A stretch of DNA of 60,215 bases, the filler included, from Basidiobolus ranarum (lineage: Eukaryota): assembly GCA_040143965.1 (NCBI GenBank). It is 7 parts of 7 records of this genome, joined end to end, with 100 filler letters (N's around TTAATTAATTAA, not from the genome) between each part and the next. Parts side by side here need not be neighbours in the genome. Positions count along the whole stretch, not along the records: positions 34,523 to 43,032 come from JASJQH010000961.1; positions 43,133 to 51,631 come from JASJQH010000962.1; 5 more parts are not named here. One strand, given 5' to 3'. The position numbers and the translations under genes are program-made. The notes beneath the pieces are model-generated. The model did no database searches. It was not told the origin of the DNA and saw nothing but the letters and a program-made list of their open reading frames with translations. Shown one piece after another: positions 35,870 through 49,300 of this stretch. Position 1 is the stretch's first letter. The number at the start of each line of letters is the position of its first letter.

Positions 35870-38300
35870 TGAATGTAAAATCTTGCAGTTAGGAGTTCTA
35901 TTTGTATGTTATCAAAGCATACACCAGTAAGAGTAAACTCCAGTGACCCAATGGATTCTATAGCAAGATTGTGTATTGTGTCTGCAAAAACCTTCAATTT
36001 TTCTGATTGCAGGAATGATGCCACTACATACAATGTTGATCACATTAAACAAATTCTGCAATCAAAGGCTCCAAGAAGCTATCTGTAATAACCAATCTAA
36101 AGCAAAACAGTGCACTTTGCTTGCAAAAATCTACAAGTTAACTGATGGCAGCCGTGCCATCAAAATATGCAATAATAATATCTATAAAAAGATAAATATG
36201 TATCTGAACTCCATTGGACGCCCTTTCAAATTCTGCAAGCAGTGGCTTCAAGTGGTCAACTAAAAGTCCAGGTAATCAAAGTTCAAATATACTGGATGAT
36301 AATAGGATATTTTGACTCTAGCAACATTCCAGAGAAAGAAGATTTAAGTTGATTAAAAGTATTGGCCAGCAAGCCTTGCCAATAGTATAATTGTTCAGGG
36401 AGAAACCATCCAGAGCCAATATGATGGATAGTATTACAATAATTTGAATGTTATACCAGTCAGAAGGAGGAAGTTCTAAGTTGATTAAAAATATTGGCCA
36501 GCAAGCCTTTCTAAGAGTATATTTGTTTAGTGAGAAACCATCCAGAGTTAATGCAAATGCATGATTATACATGTTCTCAAAGAAACCTTGACTTTTCAGA
36601 TTCTGGTAGTGCTATCCATCAGGTATATTGGCAATACCATCAGCTTTATGGTGAGTACTTTGGTAATGGCTCAATGATCTACAATTGGGTGATCTTATCA
36701 ATACATAAAGTCAAGGAATAACTGGTATGATTGCCAAATATGAAAAATATTTGTTTGATTGCCAGATTGCCATTTGTGTGAAACAGTAGATGACTTCAGG
36801 ATTCTCATATTCTGAAAAGTTAAGGTTTCTTTGTGAACACATAGGATTATGCATTTGTATTGGCTTTGGATTGTTAGCCAGTACTTTTAATTTACCTATA
36901 CCTTCCTTCTTGTGAACAGTTGCAAAGTCAAAATATTCTGTTACCATCCATCATATCTGAACCTTGATTGCCTCCACTTATAGTTAACTTCTTTGAGCCT
37001 CTGCTTGCAGAATTTGAATGGGTATTAAATGGGGTTCAGATGAGTGATTATCCTTTTTAAGCTACTGTATATGTTGATGTCACTCCTGCCATTGGTAAAG
37101 TTGGTGATTTTGGAGGCAAAGGACACTATCTTGCTATAGATTCTGTCAGATCAATGGAGCTTACTCTGCTAGACATATGAATTACTACTATTTTTATATC
37201 ACACTATACTCCATGGTTATACCACTGAGGGCCCAGTCAGATTCCAACATGCTAAATGATATCAATTCACCATATTATCAGTCTAACATCAAGCTTGAGA
37301 TAGGCTGGCAGCTTACAAATATATGGCTAAAGGGGATGAGCTGAGGCCAGAGCTACCTGATGCACTATACACTTACTATCAAACAACATTCTAATACTAC
37401 TCACTCAGCTGTTTGGTCAGAAGTTCAATCTGAATCAACCTTATTAAAGAGAATCAAAGTTTTAAATGATTGGGAAAATGCTAAAGAACTTCAAGATACC
37501 ATTATATTTCACCTAGACTCCTAGCAATTTCTACTCATCTTGGCATTTATTTAAATTCAAAGACTGGATGCATTGGATTTGTATCTCTTCAAGTGAACTC
37601 TTGAAAAGATTTTTGCCTCATAAGTATTGGTACCAAAGGGAGATGTTTGTTAATAATATAAACAAATTCTCATGGTATCAACTCACATTGGCAGATCTCA
37701 GACTGATGCACAACTGGGCAAAGACGTTGTAATGGGATATGAAAAACTTTCATACAGGTTTAAAGAAGATAGATTGAACCTTTGCTTGTATTTTAGACAT
37801 TCCCTGCTGTATCTTGTGCAATGCTTAGAGATTATGGGCCCTAGCTATACATTCTGCAAATTCCCAATGGAGCATACTTGGGGTGAAATGATGCTCTGTG
37901 TGAAATTGTCAGTTTTACCCATGTCAATCTGAATAACAATCTATCAGCAAAATCAATGATGGATAAAATGCAATTGGTTAAGGAAATTCCAAATTGTATC
38001 AATCTTCCAGAACAGTGCACTTTATAATGTGATCATGGGTTTTGCATAGATCACACACAATGATAGTAACAAAATGCAATACAAGGACATAGATTATGTA
38101 CCTCTATAATTTGGATGTTTTGTTCATGTGATAATCTCTGGTATTTGTAGGAAAGCTGTAAGACAGACTTCTTAGTGAGAATGATGTAGATAAGCAATAT
38201 AGTTATCTTAGCCATGGGGTAATTGCCTGTGTCTAACCAAATATAGATCAATGTCATACTTACTAAGGAAATGTATCCCTGTTTGGTCAAAGGAAAAGAA
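35870..38300. mobile_element. Decayed, rearranged CMC-EnSpm/CACTA transposase (Tnp2-like) fragments on both strands
   Basis: Minus strand ALTLDGFSLNKY..ACWPIFLINLELPP, locally duplicated. Plus strand HSLLYLVQCLEIMGPSYTFCKFPMEH. Many stops and frameshifts. Confidence 0.75.
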
Positions 38301-38384
38301 GAAATGGCCACTGCCCCATATTAAGGAAGATGTCAGCAACCATTTCATAAGTAGGGCAATAGACAAACTTAATTACAACATTCT

Positions 38385-38733
38385 TGTTGAAACTAGGTAA
38401 ATAGCAACTCATTATTTAGCAGTTAGTTGATTCATAATTTAATTATCTAGCACTCAATTCTGCCATTCAAAAACATGTGTTTATTGCCCTAATTGTTCAA
38501 AATATCAATTAAATGACTTTTACTAATTTTCTCAATTTTCTTAAAACTTCTCCAAATAACCTCAACTTTTCACTTATGCTTAACAGGCATATTTTTTATA
38601 ATCTAAGCACATCCAATAGTCCTACTACATAGTAAACTATAAATAGGACTTGTTCAATTCAATGAAACTTAAGTGTCTAATTCATGTATTCAAATCTTGT
38701 CCAAAACACTTTAAAATCCTCAAATACTTTAAT
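38385..38733 (+). mobile_element. LTR, Copia family 2
   Basis: Starts TGTTGAAACTAGGTAAATAGC and is collinear with the 35532 and 46151 copies. Confidence 0.82.
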
Positions 38734-39699
38734 TAATGCTTTCATGCTTCTCTAGCACACTAATGCCTAATATCTACATGTCTTGTTCAAGTATAAAATG
38801 TAGGGTTTTTAGTTTATGAAATGCAACTTTGATTATCTTTGAATGTAGTAATAGCATGTTTTGCATGTCTTATAAGTCAGTAAGAAACTTCCTTTACCAC
38901 ATTGCTTCTAGGGACCTCCTCACAGATCCAATTTGTTTATAGTTTGGATTGCTATGCCTAAATCTAGCTAATTTTGAAACCCTTAGGTCAGTTTTTACTG
39001 CCCATGGTGGACTAATCTACTATGCAGCATTGGACAGCATATTTCACCTGGTTTGGCCAGGCTTGCATGCTTAGAACACATTTTGTTGATTTCAAGCTTA
39101 TAAGTGTTAACTTTGGATCACAGTAGCTAATCAGGTATTATATCAAAATCTGTAAATGTATGGAGCCTAGCTGGACATAGATTTCTTTCTTTGACCCACT
39201 GCTTGGCTTATGGATCACAGATTCTTGCTATATCCAATGGACTTGTTCCATTGTGCCAGGATTTATCGGACCTTGGATCAATATATTAAAGTAAATGTGA
39301 TTGAAATTGATTATGCCAGAGGGTGCTCAATAGTGCCAAATTGTGCCACATGAATTTTAGAATACTTTATCCAATATGATATATACAGCACAATCTGGCA
39401 CTATCACAGAGAACAAGTCCAATACATAGGGTATAGCATCCAATCTTGCAAAAGCTCAATTTTGGTCCTAATTGTGCACAATTGTGCCCTTACCAACTTC
39501 ATCTAGTGTATAGTTACATATTAAGTGGACTTTTGTTGTTTAGAATGATATTAAGCTGGAAAGCAAATGTTTCTTATTTGACACATGCAGTGAAGCTGCT
39601 GTATTAATGTAGCATATATGTTAGTCTTCCTTAGAGGTTAATAATAGAATTGACATAAATAGAAGATCTCATTGGTACTTGCCTGTTGGTTTGTTCCAA

Positions 39700-40060
39700 G
39701 CTCTGAGGCAAAAATCCATTTTCTGCAATCTTTGATTAAATGGCCTGGTTGCTGGCAATACTTGCAGATGTTTGATTTCTTATCAGTAGTATTATTATTG
39801 AAGCCTGTTGGATGTTCTATGCCCCCAAAAAATGACTGAGCAGCATTATTTTGCTGAAAATCAGATCTTCTTTGTACCTCATCTCAAAGACTAACTCCTT
39901 TCAAATGGCAGGGATACTTTCTGGTGATGCCTTTAGCTCTACATCTTCTCCTGTAGCAATTTCCCAATGGTCCTTGTCTTCTAACAACATTTACATCTTG
40001 AACTTCCAAAAGTAAATATCTTCACCATCAAACATCTGTGTGGTTACAAAAATGTTAGCA
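39700..40060 (-). mobile_element. Copia gag N-terminus remnant
   Basis: FDGEDIYFWKFKM*MLLEDKDHWEIATGE matches the Copia gag N-terminal motif. Confidence 0.75.
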
Positions 40061-40087
40061 ATGTTGCAAATTGTAATCAGGAACCCA

Positions 40088-40410
40088 TTATTTAATAGTT
40101 AGCTTATTCATCTTCTGCTTATTTAGCTCTCAGTTCTGTTATTGAAAATGTTTGTTTATTGCTCCAATGATAGATACAATAATTAGCTCACTTTTACCAA
40201 TTTTCACTAATTTCTCCAGACTTCTCTAAATCATCCCAATATCTCACCCACACTTTACATAAGTGTTTGTTATGATCTGTACATGTCTAGTACTCCCATC
40301 TTGTAGTAAACTATATACAGGACATATTCTATCAAATACATCTAAAGTGTCTAATTCACAAATACAAATCTTGTCCACAACACTTCTATGTAAACTAAAT
40401 ACTTTTATCA
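40088..40410 (+). mobile_element. 5'-truncated family-2 LTR
   Basis: Collinear with other family-2 copies and ends TACTTTTATCA. Confidence 0.75.
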
Positions 40411-40539
40411 GGTAATGGTATGTTATACATTCCCCAGACAGCTAGCTTTAGACTTGTAATGTAATATATATATTTAGGGGATTTGGAATTTTACACTTCA
40501 AATTATTTAGACAAAATATGTCCAGCTTATAGTTTACTA

Positions 40540-40937
40540 TAATATGGGACTGTTAGACCAGTATAGATCATTACAAACTTGGCTGTAAAGCATAGGTAAA
40601 GATATGAGGAGATTTAGAGTGGCCTTCAGATTACAGTGAAAATTGGTAAAAGTGATAATATTATTATATCTATCAATTAGAGCAATAAAACAATGTTTTT
40701 GAATATGAGAAACATTTGCCATTTAATAATCATAAAGTATTATTTCATATTAATACTGCCACAGCAGTGTCTGAACATGTTCCAACCAGTTTAAACTTTA
40801 AACTAATCACCATGGACTGATAGAGAAACTTGTGGCATTGATTTGAGTCATTTTTGGCCAAATATGAAATTCTTATTAATTTCATATTGAGAGCCATGGG
40901 TATTGATGCAGGCTTGCTATTCTCCATTGCCCTTGGT
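40540..40937 (-). mobile_element. Family-2 LTR fragment plus Copia RT fragment
   Basis: ENSKPASIPM..LYQSMVISL..VGTCSDTAVAV is a Copia RT motif; 40540-40710 reverse-matches the LTR. Confidence 0.7.
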
Positions 40938-43032
40938 GCCCCAAACAGAAATTTGAGGATTGTTATTACAGGAAACCCTTCACAATTTAATTCATGTGGG
41001 ATTGGCTGTTTGCTTACCATCATAAAATTGTCAGGTTAGATTTGATTATAATCAATTTTTGCAGTTTCAGGAGTGAAGTTTCAAGATTTTGCCAAGTAGT
41101 TGGGCATGATGGGCTATAATGTCAGAGAACCATGGATCAACACATGTGCAAAAAACATCACACAAAATTTACACAATTACTACTTGAATGCTAATTGATC
41201 ACCTTTAAAATCCCTAGTTTTTTGATATATTCTCCTGATGATTCTAATAGAGTTGTTCATACCTAAGGTTTGACTCATATCCAACACAAGTTTGTATCAA
41301 TATCTCCATCAGAGCCCACCATTGTATCAACATTGCTGAATCAACATTATACCTGCTATCTGGCAGATAGTCTGCAATATTGTGCCACTCTATATTAAGT
41401 TCTTCCCAGATATCTGCATGGTCATCACCAGACTGAACATCAAGTGGAATGTTCATCTTGTGAAGCTACTTTCTGCATACTTGCTTTGTATTTTTACCTT
41501 CATACTTTTGAAAATACTCCACAAGCACTTTTACCATTATTATATATCTTTGTAGTGTGACACTACTGAGGGTGCTTTGCAGTGCTTGTGTGGCTTTTTG
41601 CTTGCCTTTAAGTTTGGTGCTAATTTCAACACTTTGGAAAGTACTAGTTGAGGTTTGAGAGCTGTTAGCTTTATTTGCTGGTATTTTGGCTCATTGAGAG
41701 GTGCCAGGTGTTGAATAAGCTTCCAAATTTAGCATTCTTCCAATTGGTGTACCTGGTTCCATGGTGAAATTAAGCTTTTTTGCCAGTATGTCTGACTCTG
41801 TAAATACAGATCTTCATATTAGTGTGAAAAACTTGGTAAGTGAGACAATAGAGCCTAAGCTCCCTGGCTCCTTTGCCTTTCCCTTGGGTTTACTAACTTC
41901 TTGCTCCTGGAGTACTTCTTTAGCTGAGTTTCTATCTTTTGCAAGTCAATAATTGTATAAATTTTTGAGATGTATCATGAATAGGACTATAATAGCACAA
42001 TTGCCATTTGCTTGCTAAACCCAGGATAAGAAACAAGAAATGATTCAAGGAACTTCAGAGTAATGTCTGGTTTCATGCATTTTCCACAATTGGCTCTAAT
42101 AAGATGACTTTAGGCAAGATTCCACACAGTTTCCAAAATTTTAAGCCACTCATTATCACAGCTAGTGACAGCAGCTCTGACATTCAGTGTCTTTTGGCTT
42201 GCCAGTTTTCCTATCAGATTTCTACTTTCATGTGCCCAAGTAATATTGGGTCATTGCATAGGCATAATGGTCCAACACATATTCTGCTCTGCTAGATTGT
42301 CATGGTGACATTCATATGTAATGTGTGGGATTGATTGAAATCCCATATGAGAATGGATGGAGGGAGCAGCATGTTGCTGTAGCACCAGTACAGCATTCCA
42401 AAGGTCTTGTATCACTGTTGAGTGACTCCCTAACTGTTGACTATTAGCTTCTGAATCCTGCATTAACTGCAATATTGCGGCATCATTGCTTGTCATGGCC
42501 TGTATCACAACTTTGTAGTTTTTTCTTATCATTGCATACAAATCATTATGGTGTTCAGCCTGTAATTCCCTTGTAGTATTCAAATTTTCTACAGAGGGTT
42601 GTTGAATACTTGGCAAAGTAGCCATTTTTGAAGTTGATGGTCTTGATGGTGTTTTAGTTGGACTTTGCTCAACTATTGATTTACTATGTAATTGGGGGAT
42701 TATCATATCTTCACTTGCACTTTTGCTGTAAAGTAAAACATCTGGTAAATTGATCAATGTTTGATCATTACTTGAGTTTGTTTCTGGCATGACAATGCCT
42801 TCCAAAGCAGATAGTGGATCACTAGACTACTCTTCAATTAAGTGCTCAGCTCTTGACAGTTTTTTTTATTTTGTGTCAGCAGGCTTTTGCTTGGTTACCA
42901 ATTCTGATGTAGATTTTGAATGCTTTTTGAATGGCATTGAAATTTTCAGATGGTAAACTAGGTGTAATGAAATTGCTTAGAAACAGCTTATAATAAACCA
43001 AAATTCCCATCCATTACCGGAAATATCTTGTA
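40938..43032 (-). mobile_element. CCCCTAACAG-ended element arm with a decayed accessory ORF (~42940 to ~41190)
   Basis: Terminus ccccaaacagaaat. ORF pieces 42251-42805 and 41244-41456 are shared with the copy at 50669-51470. Confidence 0.75.
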
Positions 43033-43132
43033 NNNNNNNNNNNNNNNNNNNNNNNNNNNNNNNNNNNNNNNNNNNNTTAATTAATTAANNNNNNNNNNNN
43101 NNNNNNNNNNNNNNNNNNNNNNNNNNNNNNNN
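43033..43132. other. Artificial contig linker
   Basis: Same 100-nt spacer. Confidence 0.97.
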
Positions 43133-43225
43133 GGCCAATCAGTTGCTTGTATAGCTGAAATGCCAAAGTACCATACATTGACAGACTAGGTTAAGGTTCC
43201 CTAGCAATATAGGCATAGCATACAA

Positions 43226-43298
43226 GGACTGGTAGCTCAGTGGGTAGAGCACCTTGCTAGAGTGAAGGAGGTCCCAGGTTCAAATCCTGGCCAGACCA
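43226..43298 (+). tRNA. tRNA-like sequence or pseudogene (anticodon AGA, short variable loop)
   Basis: GGACTGG-TA-GCTC..GAGC-A-CCTTG-CTAGAGT-GAAGG-AGGTC-CCAGG-TTCAAAT-CCTGG-CCAGACC-A folds into a 73-nt cloverleaf with A and B boxes and two stem mismatches. Confidence 0.7.
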
Positions 43299-43308
43299 AT
43301 ATTTCTCC

Positions 43309-44010
43309 CTATATAATTTCAATTGAAAGTGCTATGATAGGTAGCTTGTTACTGTTCCATGTTATAGCACCATTACCATAGAGAAAAGTGTACTCAGTAG
43401 TAAATCTTCTCACATGAAAGTTTCTTCCCCAGTCTGTATCACTGTAGCCTTCAAGACTTAATGCAACCTGGGTCCCTGAGTATTCTAGAACTAGATCTAC
43501 AGCTCCTCTCATATACCTCAATTTTGCTTTACTGTGGTTTTGTGCCTAGATCCTTGTTATTTGAGATATTGCCTGACAGTTCCCACTGCCACAGCAATGT
43601 CTGGATGTGTTCCAACCAGTATATACATTAAACTACCCACCATGGATTGATAAAGGAACTCCTGGCTTTGATATGAGTCATTTCGGGCCATATCAGATGA
43701 AATTTTGACTAATTTCACATGGGATCCATTGGTGTTGATACAGGCCTGCTATTCTCATTGTTCAAGCCTTTTAGATTTTCATGGATGTATTTAGACTGAT
43801 CCAGCAGTGATTTGTCATTGAATTTATCTCTCTTAGTATGGATTCCAGGTAAATAACTCAATTCTCCCATATCAGTAATCTGACATTGGTTCAATAGGCT
43901 GTTTTTTCTCTGATTAATTGCTTCTTGATCATTTGTGGCTGTGATGAAGTATTCTCTATGTATAGTGCCAAGATAATGATCATATTTGCAATTGTCTAGA
44001 TATAAGTTCT
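43309..44010 (-). mobile_element. Degenerate Copia RT/RNase H
   Basis: RYMRGAVDL, EGYSDTDWG and GAITWNS motifs; upstream TDMGELSYLPGIH-like RT segment. Confidence 0.85.
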
Positions 44011-44039
44011 ATGAACTGCTGTGCCCTAACCCTAACCCC

Positions 44040-46499
44040 TGATAATTGCCCAAGAAGCAAGATCAGAGCCATTAACAATAGATTATGTTGGTGCTAGGCT
44101 CTGATATGAGGAATTGAGGAGATCTAATTCTCAGCAAAATAATACAGATCAGGCATTTTTTGGAGCTGCAAAATGTCCAACAGGCTTCAATCATGGTGTC
44201 CCCATTAGGAGATACGTTATCTGCAAGTATTGCAAGAAACCAGGTTATTTAATTAAAGATTGTAAAACAGGATGTTTGCCAAAAAGCTACTATCAGAACA
44301 AGCAAAACAAGTAAGCACTGAGCAGAATCATCTGTACATGTCTTTGCTAACAGTAGCCACTAAGAAAGACTCAGAAATGTGGTACATTGAATCAGGAGCT
44401 TCCCAGCACATGACTAACTAGGAAGATTGGTTTTCCAGCTTAAAACCCATCTAAACAAGGAAGATCTGCTTAGATGATGACTATGCACTGCATTCAGTTA
44501 GTAACAGGCCAGTTGTGCTCAATTTAGATTGCATATAGCTACACCATCTGCAAATTTGGATGCTGTAATCTATGTACCAAATATAGTTAAGAAACTACTC
44601 TCAGTCAGCCAAGCAACAACTCAAGGACTAATTTCTGTAATTAGCAATGCTGGATGCACTATAGCAGACTAGAATGACATTAAATTAGCTACTGGGATTC
44701 ATATTGAAAGCTTTTACATGCTATAAATCAACAAGTTGCATTCTGAGCATGCAAACTTGGTCACAACTGATGAATTCACCTTCAAATATGGCATGAAAGA
44801 TTAGGCCACATTGGGGAGCAAAAGCTGTCCCAAATGATTCAAAAACAGCTTGTCTCAGGCTTGAAAATTGAGAGTATCACTAATTTGGAGCTGTGAGAAG
44901 GTTGCATATATGGAAAACATCACTTACAGCCATTTTTAAGTTCTTAAGAGATCAGATCAACTCAGAATCTTGCCCTGATTCATTCTGATGTGTATGGGCC
45001 CATGAAAAACATCACACTAGGTAAGAAATGGTACTTTATGACCTTGAGGGATGACTAAGCAACATATAAATGAGTATTCTAACTCAAGTCAAAATGTGAA
45101 GCCTTAGCTGTGTTCAAATAGTACAAAGCAGTGGTAGAGGCAGAATCAGCACAAGAAATAGGAGTACAAAGGAGTGACAAGGGTAGAGAATACTGCTCTA
45201 AATACTTTGCTAGTTTTTGCTCTAAACATCAAATCAAGCAACACACTACTGTATCATACACTCCAAAGCAAAACGTAGTTGCAGAAGTTGCTAACAGAAC
45301 CATAGTGGAGATGGCACAATCAAGGTTACATGATCAAAAGTTGGATCACCAATATTGAAATGAATCTGTCTACACTGCAGTCTTTATCAAAAACACATGT
45401 TTAACAAGTTTGCTGCAAAATTCTATTCCATTTGAAGCTCTATAAGGATCAAAACCAAGTATGGTTCATCTCCAGATCTTTGGTTGCATGGCTAATTGCT
45501 TAATTTCAGCTCAAAATGCTCTAAGTTGGAACCCACAAGCAGAAAATGCATATTTCATGGTTACTGTGATGGATCTAAGACCTACACACTGACTGACATC
45601 AAAATTCAGAAGTTAATTAAGTGCAGAGATGCAGTAGTCAATGAAAAAGCAAATATATAATGTCAAATCACAGTTGATCCTGAACACACAATCAGCACTA
45701 TTTAGGAAGTGTCTGGCAGAACACAGCTGTATTTGAGCCCTGTTTAATCAGAGTTCCAGCCCCAATTACCTCAGAGGATTGAGGCCCTAGAAGATCATCC
45801 AGAAGAAGGAAGAAGCCAAGGAACTGGTGGAAAACTTCCAATGATGATGTCTATGCATATGCAGCATTCTGTGAACAAGCCACAAGCTCTGGATCAAGTC
45901 CTGTATTTGAAGATAAATGAAGTTGTGTCTCATTAGCTAAAAAACCTACTTTTCATGATAAAACAAAACATATAGATATTTGGCATCATTTTGTTTGTGA
46001 ATTTATAGAAAATGATGTAATTGATTTTTCTATTGCCTTGCCAAGGAAATGATTGCTGACATGTCACTGAACCTTCAGCTAAAGCACAATTTGATTATTA
46101 AAATATAAGTTAAATTTAAAAGAAAGACAAAATAATTAGTTGAGTGATCATGTTGAAGTTAGATATATAGCACCTCATGAATTAGTAGTTGGTTTATTTA
46201 TACTCTGATTATTTGGCACTCAATTCTGCCATTCAAAAACATGCGTTTATTGCTCCAATTGATAGAAATACCAAGGAGATCACTTATACCAATTTTCACC
46301 TTTTTTTCAAATCTTTTCCAATTCATCTCAAATTTTCACCAATGCTTAACAGGCATGCTTGTTATGATCTAAGCATGTCCAATATTTCCATTTCATAGTA
46401 AACTATAAATAGGACATATTCAATTCAACCAAGCTCAAGTATCTAGCTCACAAATCAAATTTTGCACAAAACATTTCACAACCCCCTATACTTTTATCA
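44040..46499 (+). mobile_element. Degenerate, internally deleted Copia (gag knuckle, protease, integrase, RNase H end, 3' LTR family 2 at 46151-46499)
   Basis: CKYCKKPGYLIKDC, WYIESGASQHMT, WHERLGH, IHSDVYGPM, RSDKGREY, TPKQNVVAEVANRT and FHDKTKHIDIWHHF motifs; the RT core is missing. Confidence 0.9.
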
Positions 46500-46786
46500 T
46501 TTAGGCTCAGTATACGTGCCTCAATTCAGAGTCTCATAGATGAAGACAAAGTGTGGAGAGTGATTTCCTCTACTTCTTGTGCAAGACAAGGAGAGCTTCA
46601 GGTGATCCTTTTGGCTCTATTCCTTCATCTGTAACAAATCCCCAATGATCCTTGTTTTTTTGCACCATTTGCATCTTGAACTTGCTAGGGTGCAAGTCCT
46701 CACTATCAAACTTCTATCTAAATGCTTAAACATTGATAATAGTACTGGTAGACACTCCTTTAGCAGCTAGATTGTGGCTGATAACC

Positions 46787-47134
46787 TGATAAAAGTGTTC
46801 AGGGGACTTGGAAGTGTGTTAGATAAGATTTGGATTATTGAATTAGACATTTCAGTTTTATAAATTGAATATGTCCTATATCTAGTTTGCCATAAAGAAG
46901 GATTATTGTAACTGCTTGATTATTACAAACATGCCTGTTAAGCATGGGTGAAATTTTGAGATGATTTGGAGAAGTTTCGAGAAAATAGTGAGAGTTGGCA
47001 AAATTGATGTAATTGACATATTGTCAATTAGAGCAATAAATGCATTTTTTAAATGGCTTCATTGAGTGCTAAATAATCAGAATATGAATAAACTAACTAC
47101 TAAATGATGAGTAGCTATTTAACTAATTTCAACA
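46787..47134 (-). mobile_element. LTR, Copia family 2 (inverted)
   Basis: TGATAAAAGT...ATTTCAACA is the reverse complement of the family-2 ends. Confidence 0.82.
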
Positions 47135-47149
47135 TGATAATCACAGCTC

Positions 47150-49300
47150 AGATTTGAGTGGAAGATTTCGGAAAGATATTTCATGTGCAATCCCATCATT
47201 ATTTCCATATAAATTTGTCTACATGGCTGCAGTGCTTTGACTAGTGATATGAAACAAATGGCTGAGTTTAGCAGCCAGAATGAGGTTTCAAACTGCTATC
47301 TGCCAAGTGTTACTCATATTCTGCAAAAATACTAGTGATACATTGCTTAAAGAGCATAATAAGCTCACCCAGATATAGGTTCAGAATATTTTAGTGAGAT
47401 GATTATCAAGCAACTAATGGAGTGTCCAATATTAGACAGGCTTGAACTCCTGGTAAAACCATACTAAGGACTTTTTTATTGGATTCTTTAAGAAATCATT
47501 TGCCTTAGAACTTGGTGGTTTGCTCTGAATAAATATACCTAGTGCAAAGCCTGTTGGCCTGTAATTGTGCCAAATTTGAATCCTCCATCAACAAGGCACT
47601 ACAATTGTTAAAATTTTACTATGCTCTCACCAGTATCTGAACTTCAATTGCCTGTTAATCTGGATTGTATCTGTAATCACTGATATACATGTTTCATCAA
47701 CTTTGCAATGGGGTAAATACAGAAGGTTATGTGGTGAGAGGGTATATCATGGTATGTATTGGTCCTCCCACAACACAGGGCAAAATGGTTAATTGCAAGA
47801 GCACAATACACAGCTGTGTTGCAAAATTTGTCAGACTCAAGGAGTGAAATCAGTGGAAAACTTGCATTACTACATACAAATACCTACAAGAACAAAATCA
47901 TCATAACAGTGGAAAGACAGAATGAATGCAAAATACATTTGGCATTCAAACCAAGTAGTTAACCATCAATAGAGTCAGGACATAATTAGCAACCAGGGAT
48001 CATCTAACTCAGGGGTCTTAGCTGGGCCATTAGTTTTCCAGTGGGAATCATGCATCTTCTATTAAAGAGTGTTGTTGAATTGATTGTGGGCAAACTAATT
48101 GAAGCAATCCAAACTTCACAATATTTGATCCAATGCCTAATTGACACTAATACCAGCTTAAGGTTTTATAGGTGCAACAGCTGGAATAGTTGGATATGCA
48201 ACTGTTTCAGTGCTATGTTTTAGACAAACTTGCTCAATATATTAAGTAGGCATTGGGAACTGTTGGTAGATGCAGATAGTTTTTTTCAAATATTCATAAA
48301 CCATCATTGATTGGTGTCAGCTTGAACTTCTTGATGAGCAGTTGGTGAGAAAAATGATAAGTTGTTTTATAGACATATTCAAGTGCTAATCAAACTCTGC
48401 CAATACTTAATTTTTGCTTTGCACTGTTTGTCATAGTGTTTGGGGGATATGGAGCCATGCTTTACTCTCTGGTAATATCCAATAGAACAGATATCTAGAA
48501 AAAAAATTACATCAAGCCAAATCCAATGTGTCATCATATGTAAGCCATAACAAGACCATGACAGCCTACTTGATTGTAGCATTGACTCTCTGGAACATCA
48601 AAAGATAAAGAATACCACAATGTCAAACAAGGCACACATAGCTCTGGCCATAGACAATCAATGGTGCTGGTCAATGTAAAGAAAGCAGTTAGAAACATAT
48701 CCATAATTAGTACCACTTGATCATATTGTTTGTTATGATTTTATTTGCATAATCATTGACTTTGACTCTGAAGCAATTGGGTCAATATGTTCATAGGATT
48801 TTTTGGGATGTATTGTAATACTATATTATTAAAAGTTATGTAATATACTCTAATTGCAGCCAAGATATTGGCCTAGGACATTTATTTGAGTCAGTGAAGA
48901 AATATTTTGGCTGTATACTCCACATATTTGTGCACAAATTGATTGTTTCTTTGAGGTGAGTACAATTGATGAAGCCTTTCTATTTGCCAACACTGTACAA
49001 TATTGAAGTAGCAAAATATGTATAGCAACTCTGCCATAGCAATTAACAAGCAGAGAAGCAACATAATTTTGTAGTTGTGTCGGCTTTATTGCCATTGTGT
49101 GTTTATAGAGATGAAGAATAGAGCAATCAATATTGAATACTAGTATACCAAGTTTGAGATATGATAAAGGCCAAAATGATTTTGCCTGGAACAGGTAGAA
49201 TTCAAAATAAGGATTTTGCTGGTGTGAATAAATTGCAATTGAAAATCTGTGACAGAAAATACCATAGAAATACCATCAGAAAGACATAGGGTAATTGATA
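47150..49300. mobile_element. Second decayed CACTA-type transposase region
   Basis: Plus strand ~47500-47610 reads FALELGGFALNKYT*CKACWPVIVPNLNPP, homologous to the 36318-36572 motif. Boundaries are approximate. Confidence 0.6.
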
